Of a DNA stretch of 62,000 bases, positions 1 to 13,943 are shown one piece after another. This stretch comes from Wallemia ichthyophaga EXF-994 (Eukaryota; Fungi; Basidiomycota). Within the stretch, counting starts at the first letter, position 1, and each line of letters begins with the position of its first letter. Made by a program: the position numbers and the translations under genes. The notes under the pieces are model-generated. The model had not been told where the DNA came from. It worked only from the letters and a program-made list of their open reading frames with translations, and did no database searches. Location of the stretch: the NCBI RefSeq assembly GCF_000400465.1, contig NW_008806290.1, positions 60,001 to 122,000 on the forward strand, written 5' to 3'.

Positions 1-1
1 G

Positions 2-484
2 AACGTTGAATACTATAAGCGTGGTGACGTTATACCTGGTTTACAAGTAAACGCTATGGACATTCTCAGCGTTTACCAAGCTTCTCAATTCGCTAAACAG
101 TGGGCAATCGATCACAAGGGTCCTCTTGTTATGGAAATGGTTACTTACAGATACGGTGGACACTCCATGTCTGACCCTGGTACCACTTACAGATCAAGAG
201 AGGAGGTTCAACAAATGAGATCCACCAGAGATCCTATCAACGGTCTCAAAGCTAGACTTCTTGAGTGGGATGTCATGTCTGAGGAGGAATTGAAGAAGAT
301 TGACAAAAACGCTAAGCAAGAAGTTGACCAAGCTGTCAATGAGGCTAAGGAATCACCTGAGCCTTCAATGGATGACTTCTGGTCTGATGTCTACTACAAG
401 GGCACTGAGCCTGCTTATCTCCGTGGTCGTGAGCCTGAGGAGGGCAAATACTACAACACTGCACCAAATCTCGTTGGTGCTTAG
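2..484 (+). CDS. PDA1: Pyruvate dehydrogenase E1 alpha subunit, 3' part (5' end outside window)
   Basis: Frame open from position 2 (NVEYYKRGDVIPGLQVNAMD...). Contains TYRYGGHSMSDPGTTYRSREEV, the conserved E1-alpha phosphorylation-loop motif, followed by RDPI. Confidence 0.96.
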   Translation, partial: NVEYYKRGDVIPGLQVNAMDILSVYQASQFAKQWAIDHKGPLVMEMVTYRYGGHSMSDPGTTYRSREEVQQMRSTRDPINGLKARLLEWDVMSEEELKKIDKNAKQEVDQAVNEAKESPEPSMDDFWSDVYYKGTEPAYLRGREPEEGKYYNTAPNLVGA

Positions 485-1143
485 AGTATAAAAAGTTCTT
501 AAACCACTTTCTCGACTTATTTCTAGATAAAGATGAAATTATATAATTTTACAATGATTAAGAAGTGTTTTGTGTGATGTGTATTATTGTGTGCAATAGT
601 ATCGGCAATACCACTGTGCAATGATTTCTGCAATAATATGTGCGTTTGTTTATATAGGGGTTTTCACGCCGAGTGCGTGCACCTGACACACACCCCTATG
701 CATAGAACAATAAGCGGGTCATATTCAATAAATATGATTAAGATGAACCATCACATGCGCAGTAAGAATAGTCATCATTCCAACACCACGGCAATCTAGA
801 ACGAGGTATGTGACACATTTCTCAGATTCACTCCACAATGCACAGCACAAATGAAGCCAGAAGTAGCTATGATTAAGCGTAGTGGCTGTCTCGGCGAGCG
901 AAAAAACTTTGCAATATGAACATTTGACCAAATTAGGTAGATTTACTAATGATCACCTTCCAAACGCGTCAAAATTTTCCATTCCTGACCACTATTAGAG
1001 GGACATGAATTAAACATGAGAATAGGTTCCATGAATTAAATCAGCCGATTCATTTCAATTATTTAAGGTAAACTTCTTCCTTATCTACAACAAACACAGT
1101 GATACAGAGACGCACAAAGACACGAAGACACAAACATACAAGA

Positions 1144-2509
1144 ATGAAATATATATCAACAAGTACAATTTTAGCAGCTCTTATGGCTTTAGGTACTTCA
1201 CTACCACATCAGAAACGATCAGTGGGAGATTTAGTCCGCGGAGTGAATCTCGGAGGTTTGTGAAAATATTCCGCGCCCGCACCAACTCACACTCCATACT
1301 CTATAGGTTTGTTTGTATTAGAGCCATGGATCACGCCGCAAGTATTTGACAGCACTGGTGACAGCCGAGTGATAGACGAATTTACATTCGGACAGTATGT
1401 AGATTCTGGGACAGCCGAGCAACTGATAACAAACCACCTCGACACTTTCATAACGCAAGATGATCTCACGCAGATCGCCGCAGCTGGTCTCAACGCCGTC
1501 CGCATTCCATTCCCACACTTCGCCATCAACCCTACTGCCGATGAACCTTTCTACGATTTCGGCCGTTTAAGCAAACTGAAGGAGGTAGTTGGATGGGCGC
1601 GCGATGCTGGTCTGCGCGTGTGGATTGATCTACACACCGCTCGCCAGTCCCAAAACGGTTTCGATAACTCAGGTCATAAAGGAGACGTGCTCTGGCATAC
1701 TGATCAGCAGAACGTTAATCTCGCTCTAGAAGCTATTACCACGCTCTCGACTGAGTTCTCCAAGCCTGAGTATGCTGGTGCTGTGGAAGTCGTTGAGCTG
1801 CTCAACGAGCCTGCCTCTTTCGCAAGCACCGCCGTCGATCCGGTCGTCCGCCAGTACTACTACGATGGCTATGGCCGCATAAATGAACAGAGTTCGGCTA
1901 TGGGTGTTGGCCTTCACGACGCTTTCGAAGAAATTTACGAATGGGATGGTTTCATGACTTCCCCACAGTTCGAGAATGTCTGGATGGATGTTCATAGGTA
2001 TCAGGTCTTTTCTCCTTCAGAGCTGGCTAGGGGCGACGATGAACGTATCAGCCATGCTTGTGGCTACGGTCCAGATATGTATGGACACTCACTCGCTCAG
2101 CATTGGACAGTTTGCGGTGAATTCACTTTGGCTAGAACTGATTGCGCTACTTACCTTAATGGCCGCGATGGTGATCTCAACAGATGGGAAGGTTCTTACC
2201 CAGGTAGTTACTACCAGGGCGGATGCGACTACTTCCATGCTAATAACGGCGCTGATTGGCCAGAGCAATACAGAACCTTCTTGAGAAAATTCTATGAAGG
2301 TGGGTTTCGTCTCAGTCGCGGTTGTTTCACTTTCTCACACCACACCTTCAGCTCAGATTAACTCGTTCGAGAGAGGTTCTGGATACTTCTTCTGGACTTG
2401 GAAAACTACCAACAGCAATGCCGCCGATTGGAACTACAGTAGACTGCTCGAACTCGGTATTATTCCTCAGAACCCTGACAACAGAATGTATCCAAACATC
2501 TGTGGCTAA
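1144..2509 (+). CDS. EXG1: Secreted GH5 exo-beta-1,3-glucanase (Exg1-like), 3 exons
   Basis: Signal peptide plus KR site (MKYISTSTILAALMALGTSLPHQKR). RGVNLGG/LFVLEPWITP is joined across intron 1256-1306. Motifs WIDLH, QNGFDNSG, ELLNEP (acid/base Glu) and VCGEF (nucleophile Glu). Second intron near 2300-2350. Confidence 0.9.
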
Positions 2510-2702
2510 AGGGTTGGCTGATGGAGTCATACGAATACTGATAGGAATATAAATATAATCATCTCGGATTTGCATTACAATATCTTTCTTTTTTTCTTCC
2601 TTTCGCTTTTTTTTTTTCTCGTTGATACATGCTACTTATATTACAAATATATGACACAATCTATGCAATAATAAAAATGCTAAAAGTATAAAACACAGTG
2701 GA

Positions 2703-3855
2703 CTACCTGAGATACTCAGGCCACTCACTGCGCATCCTTGCTCTGCCCCACTGGTCAAACCTTGGGTTATACTCAACATTAAGAAGGTCGTGGTGTGGTT
2801 TAGCGAATGGCACAAACCATACGAGAGGATTGGCGCCCATCCTGAAACACCAGTTGCGATAAGGTGACTCAAGCCACCATAAATTCCCCTCTGTGCGCGG
2901 ATTGCCCCAGACATAGTACCAGTGATCTTTACACGCTTTCTTCGCTTGCAACTGCCACGGATCGTAGTGTTTGCTGAGAATGGATGCATCTCTTGCGCGA
3001 ATTGTGCGCACCTCGAACATATCCTCGAAAGTTGTCAGCTGAAGCGTGTGAGTGTGAGTGTGAACAATTAAAGTTCCAACTTACACTATCGCACGCTAGC
3101 CAGATATGATTGAAGAGGAGCCCACCTACAAAGAAGGCGAAGAAGGAGGACACTGCTATAGCTCCGATGATGGGTCCGCGGCCACGACCACTCCACAATC
3201 CATCACCGTGCTCATCTGATATCAGAGAAGGATAGCTCACGCCCAAAGCTATCGCTGTGAATGAGAGGACCACAACACACCAAAAAAGGAAAGTAACGAA
3301 ATGCTTGTGGTTGTGCCCACCTACACTTTGACCAATCCACGGACAGTAATGGTCAAATTCCCACACGCAGCGGTTCGCATGACGGTCGTGGTGTGCGCGC
3401 GGCGGTCGCCATAGCTGACACTGAGAACAATAAGTAGCGTCAAATTGAGTTGCTTGGACGCGGAAAGTGGGAGGGTATGTAGTGCAGTCTGATTGATTGG
3501 AGTGGTTACTGGTACCAGTTCTATCGGTATCTTTGTCTTTATTTTGCGCTGCTCGTCCTGGGTGGTACGCTGGTATGAATGAATTTGTTATGTAGCCTGG
3601 GTGAATGAATAAAATAGCAGCGTAACTAGCGCAGAATATCAAAAATAGCACGTTGAAAACCACAAGTATCGTAACGCCTAATCCGAAACCACCAGCGCGG
3701 TTCTTGGTCACTAGCCCCACGCCCACAGCCACAGTGACGGAGAAGTAGTCAAATATAATAATAAGAACGACGAAGCCAACTATCCACTTTGTCTTTATAA
3801 ATCTCAACACGCTGTTTGTTTGCGCTACTTCGTTAGCGTCGCGCACGCATTGCAT
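2703..3855 (-). CDS. DHHC-family protein S-palmitoyltransferase (DHYC variant, Pfa5-like), 2 exons
   Basis: CSQCQLWRPPRAHHDRHANRCVWEFDHYCPWIGQSVGGHNHKHF, four hydrophobic segments, and a C-terminal NPYRNW...NW...MG motif in ORF 2703-3020. Confidence 0.87.
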
Positions 3856-3856
3856 G

Positions 3857-3880
3857 GAAGGTACAAACGAAGGTACAAAC
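3857..3880. repeat. Exact 12-bp tandem duplication (gaaggtacaaac x2) just upstream of the palmitoyltransferase ATG
   Basis: Read directly from the sequence. Confidence 0.85.
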
Positions 3881-3964
3881 TAAACAAGAAATTTGAATTT
3901 ATTTGAAATGAAGACATACTTATTAGTAATCAAAGGGAATATTGCAATTTGTTTAGGGGGAATA

Positions 3965-5314
3965 TTAAAAGTAGAACGGCCATACGCGTTGATCCTGTGA
4001 TTACAGTCAGTATTCACTACAAGTAGCCCGTAAAATACTCCACACGTACGCGGAATCCATCCACGATAGCTTGTATGTCGCTGGTAGTGAGTTTACTATG
4101 CTTGCACTTGAAATTGAGCGTCTTCTTGATCTTTGATGGATCAAGAGCGATTGGATTCTTTTTAAAAAAGTGCTCATCGAGCTATCATCTGTGTTAGACG
4201 TGTGCTGAACAAGTCAATAACAACCCACATATGGCGTCAACGGGCTGTCTCGTATGTTACTCCGATGCAACATCTCAGACCACGCTTGGATATGTTTTTC
4301 ATTGACATCATCAATCATTTCCTCAATATCCATTCGTGCAAACGTAGAGACGAGTCCACCCAGGAAACCAGTCTTAACTCTAAATACATTGGCGATTACT
4401 TCAGCGACTGATGATTGTGTAGCGTTTGAATCATCTACGAGGTTGAATAGAGGAGCTTTACCGACTGCTTTTCTGCTTGGGAGTTTGAATTGCTCGAGTT
4501 TTTCGTCATTTGCGTAGGATATTATGTCGTTGAGGGTGGATTGCGGTGGATTGCAGTTAGACCTCCACTTTCCAAGCTCAACTAACGCTCTGGCAACATC
4601 TCGAGTGTGTACGGTGTTCAATTTGAGATCACCATCCCATAAAAATTTCATCTCTTCGCCCAAGTAACGATATATGTCACCACACATGACCCTAGGTGTA
4701 ATCTTACCGTGTATTTGGTTAGGACCATACCAAACACCTATCCTAAGTATGGACAGGGGTAGATTTGGAATTGTGGACAGACAGCGCAACGATTCATGCC
4801 ACCAAACACCTCTACCACCTTGAGGTTGGAGATGGGAGTGTTCAGAGACTGGATTGCTGGGGAATTCGTAGAAAGGGAAAGTTAGTTTGTTGTACGATTG
4901 GATAGAATGTGAAGCAGCGATCAAACCGAGCTGATAAGAAGCGATTGTGGATTGAATATGCTGTAACTCATTAACGTCGAATCTAATGTCACCAGATAAA
5001 TCAAAGACATGAGTTGGATTGAATGTCTCAAATATTGAATTGAGAGTGGATTTGTTGAGTAAGTTTACTTGGGTATAAGTGAGATTAGGAGTGTTTAATA
5101 AAGTTTCCTTGAATTCATTAGACAGATGTGTCGTTGAATATCCCTCGTTTATTGCGAATTTATCGATTACCCGTATTGTTGGCGTGTCATTGGGATTTCT
5201 GAGCTCGTCTATTAAATTACTAGTAAAGGTTTGAATTCCACCTATTCGAAATTTATTAGACCGACACTATTAATTTATTAACGACACACCGACTATAAGG
5301 ACCTTGGCTACCAT
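3965..5314 (-). CDS. NAD(P)-dependent epimerase/dehydratase-like (extended SDR) protein, multi-exon
   Basis: Spliced N-terminus MVAKVLIVG/GIQTF resembles a Rossmann start. Also LRIGVWYGP, LNTVHTRDVARAL, and a last exon DQRVWPFYF*. Confidence 0.72.
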
Positions 5315-5361
5315 GACTGTCAATCTCAAACCAAACGACCATCATCAACTTATAAAATAAT

Positions 5362-8300
5362 ATGTCATCAACCGAGTCAAATCTCATGGACTTGGTGCAT
5401 AATCAGGTGGGTTTACTGATGTATAGTGCATCTCCCACCACTCACTTGCGTCCACAGATTTCAATTCTCATCTCTACGATGAAGTTGAATAGCAATTGGT
5501 CTAATTTTACTCCAAATTCACTCCCACTATCCAATTTGGCTGTTGATTTGGGCTTAAAGGGCTATTCTCCCGTGAATCCCCAGCCAAATATCATCCAACA
5601 CCTCTATTCTCTCAGATTTACTGGTAATATTCAAAATCCAAAAGAAATCCTTAGCCCCTTCCTCTTTATTATAACAAATCAATCAACTTCTGGTCCAATC
5701 ACTCTCGCTGCGTTGCAATCAATTGAGAAGTTTATATCCTCTGATTTGTTATCAATACACTCCCCCCACTCTCCCGCAGCGGTTGATTCTATCGCCGAAG
5801 CTATTTCCAAATGCTCTTTTGATCCCACTGACTCCCTCACTGACGATGCAATCCTCAATCGCATTCTTGACATCATCAAACTCATTCTCTCCTCAAATCT
5901 TGCCAAAATTACTTCCGATAAGTCCGCTTCCTCTCTTATCGAAACCGGCCTTGAAATGGCGTGTCAGATGAGGTTGTCTCCCTCCATACGCAATTCTGCT
6001 GAAAGAACTATCCAATCCGCCGTCAGATGCCTTTTACTTGACTTCAAATCAAGATACCAGCCTGGTAACAGCGAAGACAGCTCTATTTCCCCTTCGAAGC
6101 CTTCTAAATCTCCCTTACAAGACTTCTCCGCTTCTCAAAAGCCTTTCGGCGATGCTACCATGTCTGAGGTCATCAGAGTCCTTGTCAACCTCCTCGACCC
6201 ACACGACACCAAATACACTGACACCATTAGATTGGCTGCCCTCAGAATCCTAGATGTCGCTCTCACCACCGCCGGGATCACTCTCTCCAACATACCTCAA
6301 ATACGCTCTACCCTCTCTGACCAAGGTTGCAAATTCCTCTTTCAATTGGCTAGAGTTGAGTCTTCTAGCTTGTTAATTATGACTATCAGAGTTATTACTG
6401 TCCTCTTTGACACTTGCAAACCACATCTAAAGTTACAGCAAGAGCTCTTCTTCTCTTTCCTAGTCGAGCGTTTATCTCCATCTACTCAAGATAACGCCCA
6501 GTCATTCGATCCTTTCCACACCTGGGAAGCCTCTGTCATGCCACCAGAGCACCCTGACGACCACGATAAGCTTAATACTTCCACCTCTGGCTCTGCAACT
6601 CCCTCACTAGCTCCCGCCAAAGCTGCAAAACCCGCATATGGTCAAACTAGACAGCTTCTCCTCGAAACTCTCGTACACTTCATCCACACACCCAACTTTC
6701 TCTCTGAGTTGTGGCTCAACTACGACTCAGACATCGATTGTGACGATTTGTTCGAACGTGTTCTGTCGTTTACTATTGATGGTATTTTCCCATATGACAA
6801 CTCCTCACTTGAATCGCAGTTATTGTGTCTCGAGGGTGTCCTCACCTTCATCTCCCAGGTACACGGTACTCTCGTCAACACCCCCTCCGACGCTCACCTC
6901 CAATACCCCACCAATATCGCCCTCACAAAGTCTCGCAAGCGTATTATCCTCAATGGCGCACAAAAGTTCAATTCCAAACCGAAACTAGGATTGGAGTACT
7001 TGACGCGTCACGGTGTGATTGACGTGGAGATGGCTGATGAATCTTGGACCAAAGCGACTTGTGACAGTGTAGCCAAGTTTCTCAAGCAGTGCGCTCGTCT
7101 CGACAAGCGCCTTCTCGGAGACTACATCTCTCGCCCGGAGAACAGCGAGGTGTTGAAGTCATTCATGTCTCTTTTTGACTTTAGGGATGTGAGTGCATGA
7201 TGAGGAGTTTGAACATTCTAAAACATCTGCAGCTATCTATTGCCGACAGTATGCGCCAAGTGCTCGAGACGTTTCGATTACCCGGAGAAGCTCAGCAGAT
7301 TGCGCGTATCACTGAGGTATTTGCCGAGCACTATTTCTCATTTGCTCCTGAGGGTATCCGATCGCAAGATTCTGTTTACGTTCTCGCATACTCAGTCATC
7401 ATGCTCAACACGGATCTTCACAATCCGCAAAATCGCGCGCGACGGATGAGCGACGAAGCCTACAAGCGTAATTTGCGGGGAGTTAACGACGGCGCAGACT
7501 TCGACGCAGCGATGCTCGATGACGTTTACCATAGTATCCGTAAACGCGAGATAGTAATGCCGGAAGAGCATCACGACCAAGTCGGCTTTGATTATGCGTG
7601 GAAGGAGATGCTCGTGCGCAGTCGCACGGCGGGGCTAGTAAGAGATGCGCATTCTCCCAACCTCGTCAAACCTATCCTGGAGGCAAGTGTTCGCAGGGTG
7701 CTTGCCGGTCTCGCATACGCCTTCGCTAGCTTCGACGATAGCTCCGCTATCAAGCGCGTCATGGAGGCATATGCGCATATCGTCTATCTCGCGCATAGAT
7801 TGCAACTACACCTCATCCCTGATATAGCCTTTGTCAGCCTACGCAGAGCGGCTGCGGTGTTGATTGGGCGTTTTGACGAGACGGAGAATGAATTCGCTCA
7901 GGCGAAGGTGCCTCTGAGCGGGAGCAAAGATACACTCACCCAAATCAGCGTCTCGAGCCACACTGTCCAATTAGGGTACGATCTGCGCGCTCAGTTGGCC
8001 GCATGGACTATTTTTAATGTGATACTGCGCGACGTTCGCAATGTGTCAGACAGCTGGTTCGACCTATTTGACATGTTTCTTGTGCTTTTCGCCAACGAAA
8101 TGCTTCCAGAGAGCATCCAGACGCTCGAGGACTTTTTGGGTGGGAGCACGCCGATACCGCGCGAAGCGAGTGGGGATACACATGCGCAGGAAAATGGACA
8201 AGGACAAGGCAAGGATGTAGCACGGACAGGTAACTCGACCAGCCTCCTCTCCACTCTCAGCTCCTACTTGCTAGCGCCATACTCTAGCGAGCCTCACATG

Positions 8301-9790
8301 ACTCAGGCGAGTGACGAGGACGTCGACGCGACGTTGCACGCTCTCGACTGTATTCGCATTTGTAATTTGGAAGTCGTGTACAGCGGTCTGTGGCACCTAC
8401 CTGGTAGCGCACACTCGCGTGCGCTCTCGGCACTCACGGATATGCTCGATGCGCGCACGACGGCTAAACTAGCTGGGGTGCAGTACAACAGAAAAGGGAT
8501 CCCGCCAGTGTTTGTTCCGTACGACCGCAGGACTGTCTTTCTGCTTGAGCTGCTGGTGAGCATTAGTGTGCGCAATCGCGATGCAACAGAGACGACGTGG
8601 TGAGTGTATAGTCTTTGTGAAGGTACAGACATACTAATAACGTATTGTTAAGGCACACGGTGTTCCCGCTACTGGAAAAGTTGTTGGCACACGCTAACGT
8701 GTTCTCTACTCTCCTCACCGAACGCGCCGCTGTCGGACTGGCTAAGCTGACTGAGGGTATTAGTGCACATGCGCAACTACACGAGGAGCTTTTCATAGCT
8801 ATCGATCTTTTGCGCTCTCTTCCGCCACACGCGCTGCTGAGTGCGACAGACCATCTTGTCTCGCTGGTAGAATCTGTGCTCGCAAAGGCAGATGTGCAGA
8901 ACAGTACCGAGTGGCATCTCCTTATTGCGCTGCTCCACTGCTGCAGTGGCAGAGTGAGTGAGCGTGTATTAGGCTTGCTCACTACCATAATCGATCAGCA
9001 TCTCTCTCGAGACTCTCTTCCTGCCGTGCTCGACCTTCTCACTGCGCTCGCGCTGCATGAAAATAACGCTGCATTGGACATGCTTCTCACTTTGCGTCGC
9101 GAACCCAGTTGGGATTGGGAATGGGAGCAGGTCAGCGCTCTCGCTAGCAAACTTGGCACACTCTGCCTCCAACCAGCTAAGCACATTCGTCAACGAGCAA
9201 TTGAAGGCCTTGCAGCTATTTTGTTGGAGAAACCTCGCAATGATCTTATCGTATTCACCCATATCGCTTTTCCTCTCTTAGAGAATCTGTTGCGACCAGA
9301 TGTATTCAATCGTGATCCTACCAGTGCGGGTATGGGAAACACTCGCTCAGCCGTTACTAATCTCGTTTGCAAAGTGTGGCTGCTCCTCGATCTACACTCG
9401 CTCGATGACGAACATGTGGAGCGGGTGTGGCTGGAATTGTTGGATTTCTTAGATAGATTTATGTCTAGTTCGACCAATAGCAAGAAGATGAATATGGTCC
9501 ATGAGAGCATTCTCGAAAACATAAAAAACCTCCTACTCGTTATGCACGCGAATGGTATCATAGACCCTGGCACGAAGACAGATAGTCACAGCCATCAACT
9601 ATACATCAAGACGGCTGAGCGCATTGATCTATTTTTGCAAGGATTTGTCGGTGAAGTGTTGAAAGACACGCATCAGAAAGAGCAGACAAAGCAGACGGAG
9701 CATACAGCAGAGACGCAAGACAATGACGAAACAAACCAAGCACAGCAAACACACCAATCACACGACACAGGTACAGACACGCCCTCGTAA
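5362..9790 (+). CDS. GEA2: Sec7-domain ARF guanine-nucleotide exchange factor, GBF1/Gea1-2 family
   Basis: N-terminal DCB/HUS region (GPITLAALQSIEKF, LWLNYDSDIDC). Sec7 motifs FNSKPKLGLEYL, FRLPGEAQQIARI and YSVIMLNTDLHNPQ. Spread over ORFs 5362-7200, 7197-8603 and 8645-9790 joined by short introns. Confidence 0.92.
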
Positions 9791-9920
9791 ACATACTTTA
9801 TAGATATGCATCGTAATAGTCGATTTTCGATATTAATTTAAATTGGAAATGTAGTTGTAATGTGCAGATAACCTTTGGTCGTGCGTGGGAAGAAGGTAAT
9901 TTAACGGAATAATCCTAAAA

Positions 9921-12900
9921 TTAGCGTCTATTCCGACGCAATGGCTTCACAGGCCGCGATGAGTTGGGTGTGCCTGGAGCTGGCGATCCCGTGCCTATGT
10001 TGAAGAGGGAAGGTGATCCAGGAGCTTGTTGCGGGGTGGATGGGTTGGGCGCGGGAGCGGGTGCAGATGAACCGAATGCAAATGGAGAGCTAGGGGCGGT
10101 ATTGTTGGTGCTAGAGGCGCTTGGAGCTGGAGCTGGAGCGGGTGCTGCTCCAAAGCCGAAAGCTCCTGTGCTTGCGCCGCTCGAGGGTGCACTGCCGCCG
10201 CCGAACGAGAATGCAGGCGATGCTCCCGCTCCTGCTGCAGGTGCAGGTGGTTGTGACTGGCCGAATCCGAAGCCTCCACTGGAAGCACCACCTCCAAATG
10301 GCGTGGGTGTGGATGTGGGTGCAGTCGCTGGTGCACCGAAAAGTGGTGCTGAACCGGCTGGACGTGTTGGGGATTCTTCCATAGAATCACCACCGCCATT
10401 GCTCTGCTGCTGCTGCTGTGGTTGCGGTTTTGCCGCGCCAAATGCCCCACCAGCACTTCCAGTACCGCCAGCACCACCAAATTGGAAAGAAGGTATGCTA
10501 CCACCACCACCACCAAATCCAAATGAGGGCGTCGACGAGACAGTTTCACTCGTGCTCGTCGGCTTCGCTTCGCCACCGCCAAAAGCAAACGACGACTTGT
10601 TCTCACCCGCCGATGCAGACGCAGTGGCTCCACCAAATGAAAATGTGGGCTTATCGGTACTGGCTGGCTGCGAATTTCCAAACAAAGTCGTCTGCGAGCC
10701 GCCGAATGCGAATGGAGGTTTGGACGTGTTGGAAGAGGCGTCGGTGGGGTTCGTGGACGAAGCACCAAAGCTGAATGGACTTGATGGCTGTACGAGGAGA
10801 TACGTTAGTCTGTCGGTGTAGTTTAATCGACATAAGCCCAACTATATACTCACCTTTATTGGTTCAGTGGATTGAGATGCAGGTGCTGGCGCAGATGCAG
10901 GTGCTCCGAACACTGGTGGCTTTGCAGTGTCGTTACCACCAGCGCCAAAAGAGAATGGAGAGCTTGACTTAGGTTTGTTATCGTCTGTTGCTGGGGCACT
11001 ACCTCCAAAAGAAAATGCTGCTCCAGGTGACTTTTCGTCAGCTTTTGCAGGCTGCCCGAAAGAGAATGTCGGCTGTTTCTTCTCCTCATTTTCAGCGGGT
11101 TTAGGCTGTCCGAAAGCAAAAGAACCGCTGCCACCATTGACCTCATTCTTGCTCTCTTTGCTCTCCTTAATCTCACTAGGGGCACCAAAGGAGAATGCTG
11201 CTCCTGAACCTGAACTACCGCCTCCGAAAACGCCGTTGGAGCTGTTAGGTTTCGACTCATCCGATTGCGGTTTGGTGAATGAGAATGCACCACCCGTGCC
11301 TTTTTCGACATCTTTCTTCTCTTCTTCCGCTGGCTTTGTAGCTCCAAACGAACCACCAGAGCTACCACCTCCACCGAAGGAGAAAGGCGAGCTTGATGCA
11401 GGTTTGGTAGAAGGCGCAACACCGAAACTAAATGCACTGCTTTTGCTTGCGCTACTCTCACCCTTTTCTTCAGCTGGCTTGCCGAATAATGGAGCTGGAG
11501 ACGCTGGTTTATCTCCACCAGTTGCATCGGTGGTATCTGCCTTGCCTTCAGGCTTGTTGCTGAAGCGGCTGAGAAGAGAAGGCGTCTTCTCGTCCGTCTG
11601 TGCTCCCCCGAAAGAGAAGGGTGATGCAGGTTTGGAGTCTTGGCTTGGTGGCTTGCCGAATGAGAATCCACCTAATGAAGCGGGTGCAGCAGCTGGCTTT
11701 TCATTCTTCTGGTTATTTTCGTCCTTCTTTTCTAACGGAGCGCCAGGAGAGAATGGATTGGACTTGGTCTCCTCCTTGTCATCCTTGTCATCCTTATTAT
11801 GCTCTGCAGTACCACCAAAGCTGAAAGTAGGTACTGACTTTGGCTTGTCATCCTCCTTCTTGTTGGCTTCAAACAGGGCGAATGGATTTGGTTTTTCCGC
11901 TGCTGCTTTCTTTGAGTTCTCTTCTTCTTCTTTCTCCTTCTGGGTTTTTTCAGACTTGGGTGCGCCAAAAGAGAAACCGAGTGGTGGTTGTGATTGTGGC
12001 TTGCTGTCATCCTTCTTCTCCTTCTCCTTCTCATCCTTATTGTCAAAGATGGCTGCTGGTGGAGGTCCTTTGGGTGTTGTCGACTCACCGCCGAAAGAGA
12101 AAGGTGTTGCTGGTTTGGGTGTGGCAGGTTTAGTCTGCTCATTCTGCTCCTTAACATCAGTTTCTTCCGGTAAATTGAAGTTAAGCTTGGGATTAGGAGC
12201 AGGAGCAGGAGTAGGAGCACTTTGTTGACTGGCGATACCATCAAAGTTGAAATTAACCACTGGAACACTCTTCAAAGCATCCCTTTCCGCCTGACGCTTA
12301 CGTTCCTCCTCTTCTTCATCGATTTCAGCAGTATCTTCACGTGGTTTGCGAGCGGCTGATGAGTGTTGTCTGCTGCTGGTCATGGTGCGCGCCCTGAGCG
12401 ACGACCTAGCTCTATCGGTAGCACTAGGGCCTTTATCTGCGCCATTTGCGTCCTTTTCACCAACTTTGCCCGGTTTGAATTGATCCTGTCCAGACATTGG
12501 AGCGAACAATTTAGCCGCGCTCGTAGTAGCGATTGGGGCGGTATGTGGGGAAGAGTGGTTTGGCTTGTCTACGCCCTTACTTGAATTGTCTTGTTTATCC
12601 CCCTGCTCTCGCTCACCTACATACCCGTCTTCATGCTCATCCTCGTCATCGCTGGGTACAGCTATCTTGCTACGTGGTCGTTGTTGTGTTTTGGGCAGTC
12701 TCTCCTGTAATTTGCTACTTTTCAGGTCATGCTCGCGGTGGCGTCTCTCTTGTTCCCTGCGATGCTTGCTGCGTGCGTAGGGACTAATCATAGCTTCTGC
12801 CTTTTTGTTGACTGGAGGAGCTAGTTTGCTCTTTGCAGGGTTTGGCTTGGGAATAGGAATTGAGATGGTAGGCAAGTTGTATGACTGCTGTGATTGCTGT

Positions 12901-13837
12901 GATTGTGATGGAAGAGGTCCTCTAGCAGAAAGAGGATTTGATTTGCGTGCATCAGTGAGCGGAGTTCGCATCTTCTCCAAAGCCAGTAGAATTCTCTCAG
13001 CCTCGTTTTTTGGAGGTTGGGGTTGAGGTTCTGTGGAGTGTCTTAGTTAGAAAACACACGAAACACGCCAAACTCACTTCTGGCTTGGGCTTCCTCTAAA
13101 GACATGAACTCGTCTGCTTGTTCGTTGTATACCATTCTTCTCTTGGACGGTCTTTCAGGGGATGGATCGATAACAGATGATCGTTTATGGGCAGTCGAGT
13201 GGTAAGGATCGTTGGTTGCCGCGGAGAGAATGGATTGCAGAGGGTTGTGATCCTTAGTGGGAACAGTTGGAGTTCTATACCTGGTGCGTGGGAGTAAGGG
13301 GGAAGCGTTCCTGCCATTAGAGAGGAGAGAGCGGCGTGGGTGTTTAACGGGAGTGAAAGGAGAGTTTTGTAAATTGTTGTTGTTGTTGTTGTAGGCAGAG
13401 CCATAACCACTACCACTGCCATTGAAAGAAGAAGACATTTTAGGTGAAAGAGTAGTTTGCCTATTACCAGGAATCTGTAAATGATTAGATTTAGCCATTG
13501 AAGGCGGCAGATCATTATAAAAGGTGTGCGGCCTTTGTTTAGCCTTTGGTGGAGCGTGTGGTGCGCGTGGTGCGTGTTCTGAGCGTGGTTCTTCACCTTT
13601 AGACCATGGAGATTGAACTTGTTGAGCGGACTCTTCGTCTGGATGATTACTCACGCCCCCAGAAAGCCAGGAAAAAGGCTTGGAGACGAGTGAGCGTACG
13701 CTGGATAAGAGACTGGCAGTGTTATTCTGTGTCGGAGTGGGAGTTGGACTCGGTCTTTGATACGGTTTTGAAGGCTTAGAGGGCGTGTACCTTGAATCAC
13801 GCCTCTGTGGGCCAATTGAAGTGCCTAAATCTGACAT
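9921..13837 (-). CDS. FG-repeat nuclear-basket nucleoporin (Nup1/Nup153/Nup124-like), 3 exons
   Basis: Dozens of FSFG/FAFG/FG repeats with K/E-rich spacers, an N-terminal KPYQRP motif, and a basic C-terminal tail RPVKPLRRNRR* typical of the Nup1/Nup153 class. Confidence 0.8.
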
Positions 13838-13943
13838 GATGATTTTTGTGTTGGTGGTGGAGCGGAGGAAGAAGACGAGTAGAATGAATATACGAATGTA
13901 CATCTTAAATATATTACATTATATTTCAAATTACAATCCAATT

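Noticed and set aside
9964-12268. Long overlapping ORFs on + (285 aa, 433 aa) and alternative minus frames over the nucleoporin
   Set aside because: Antisense or alternate-frame shadows of low-complexity P/G/S/A/K-rich coding sequence; no independent domain.
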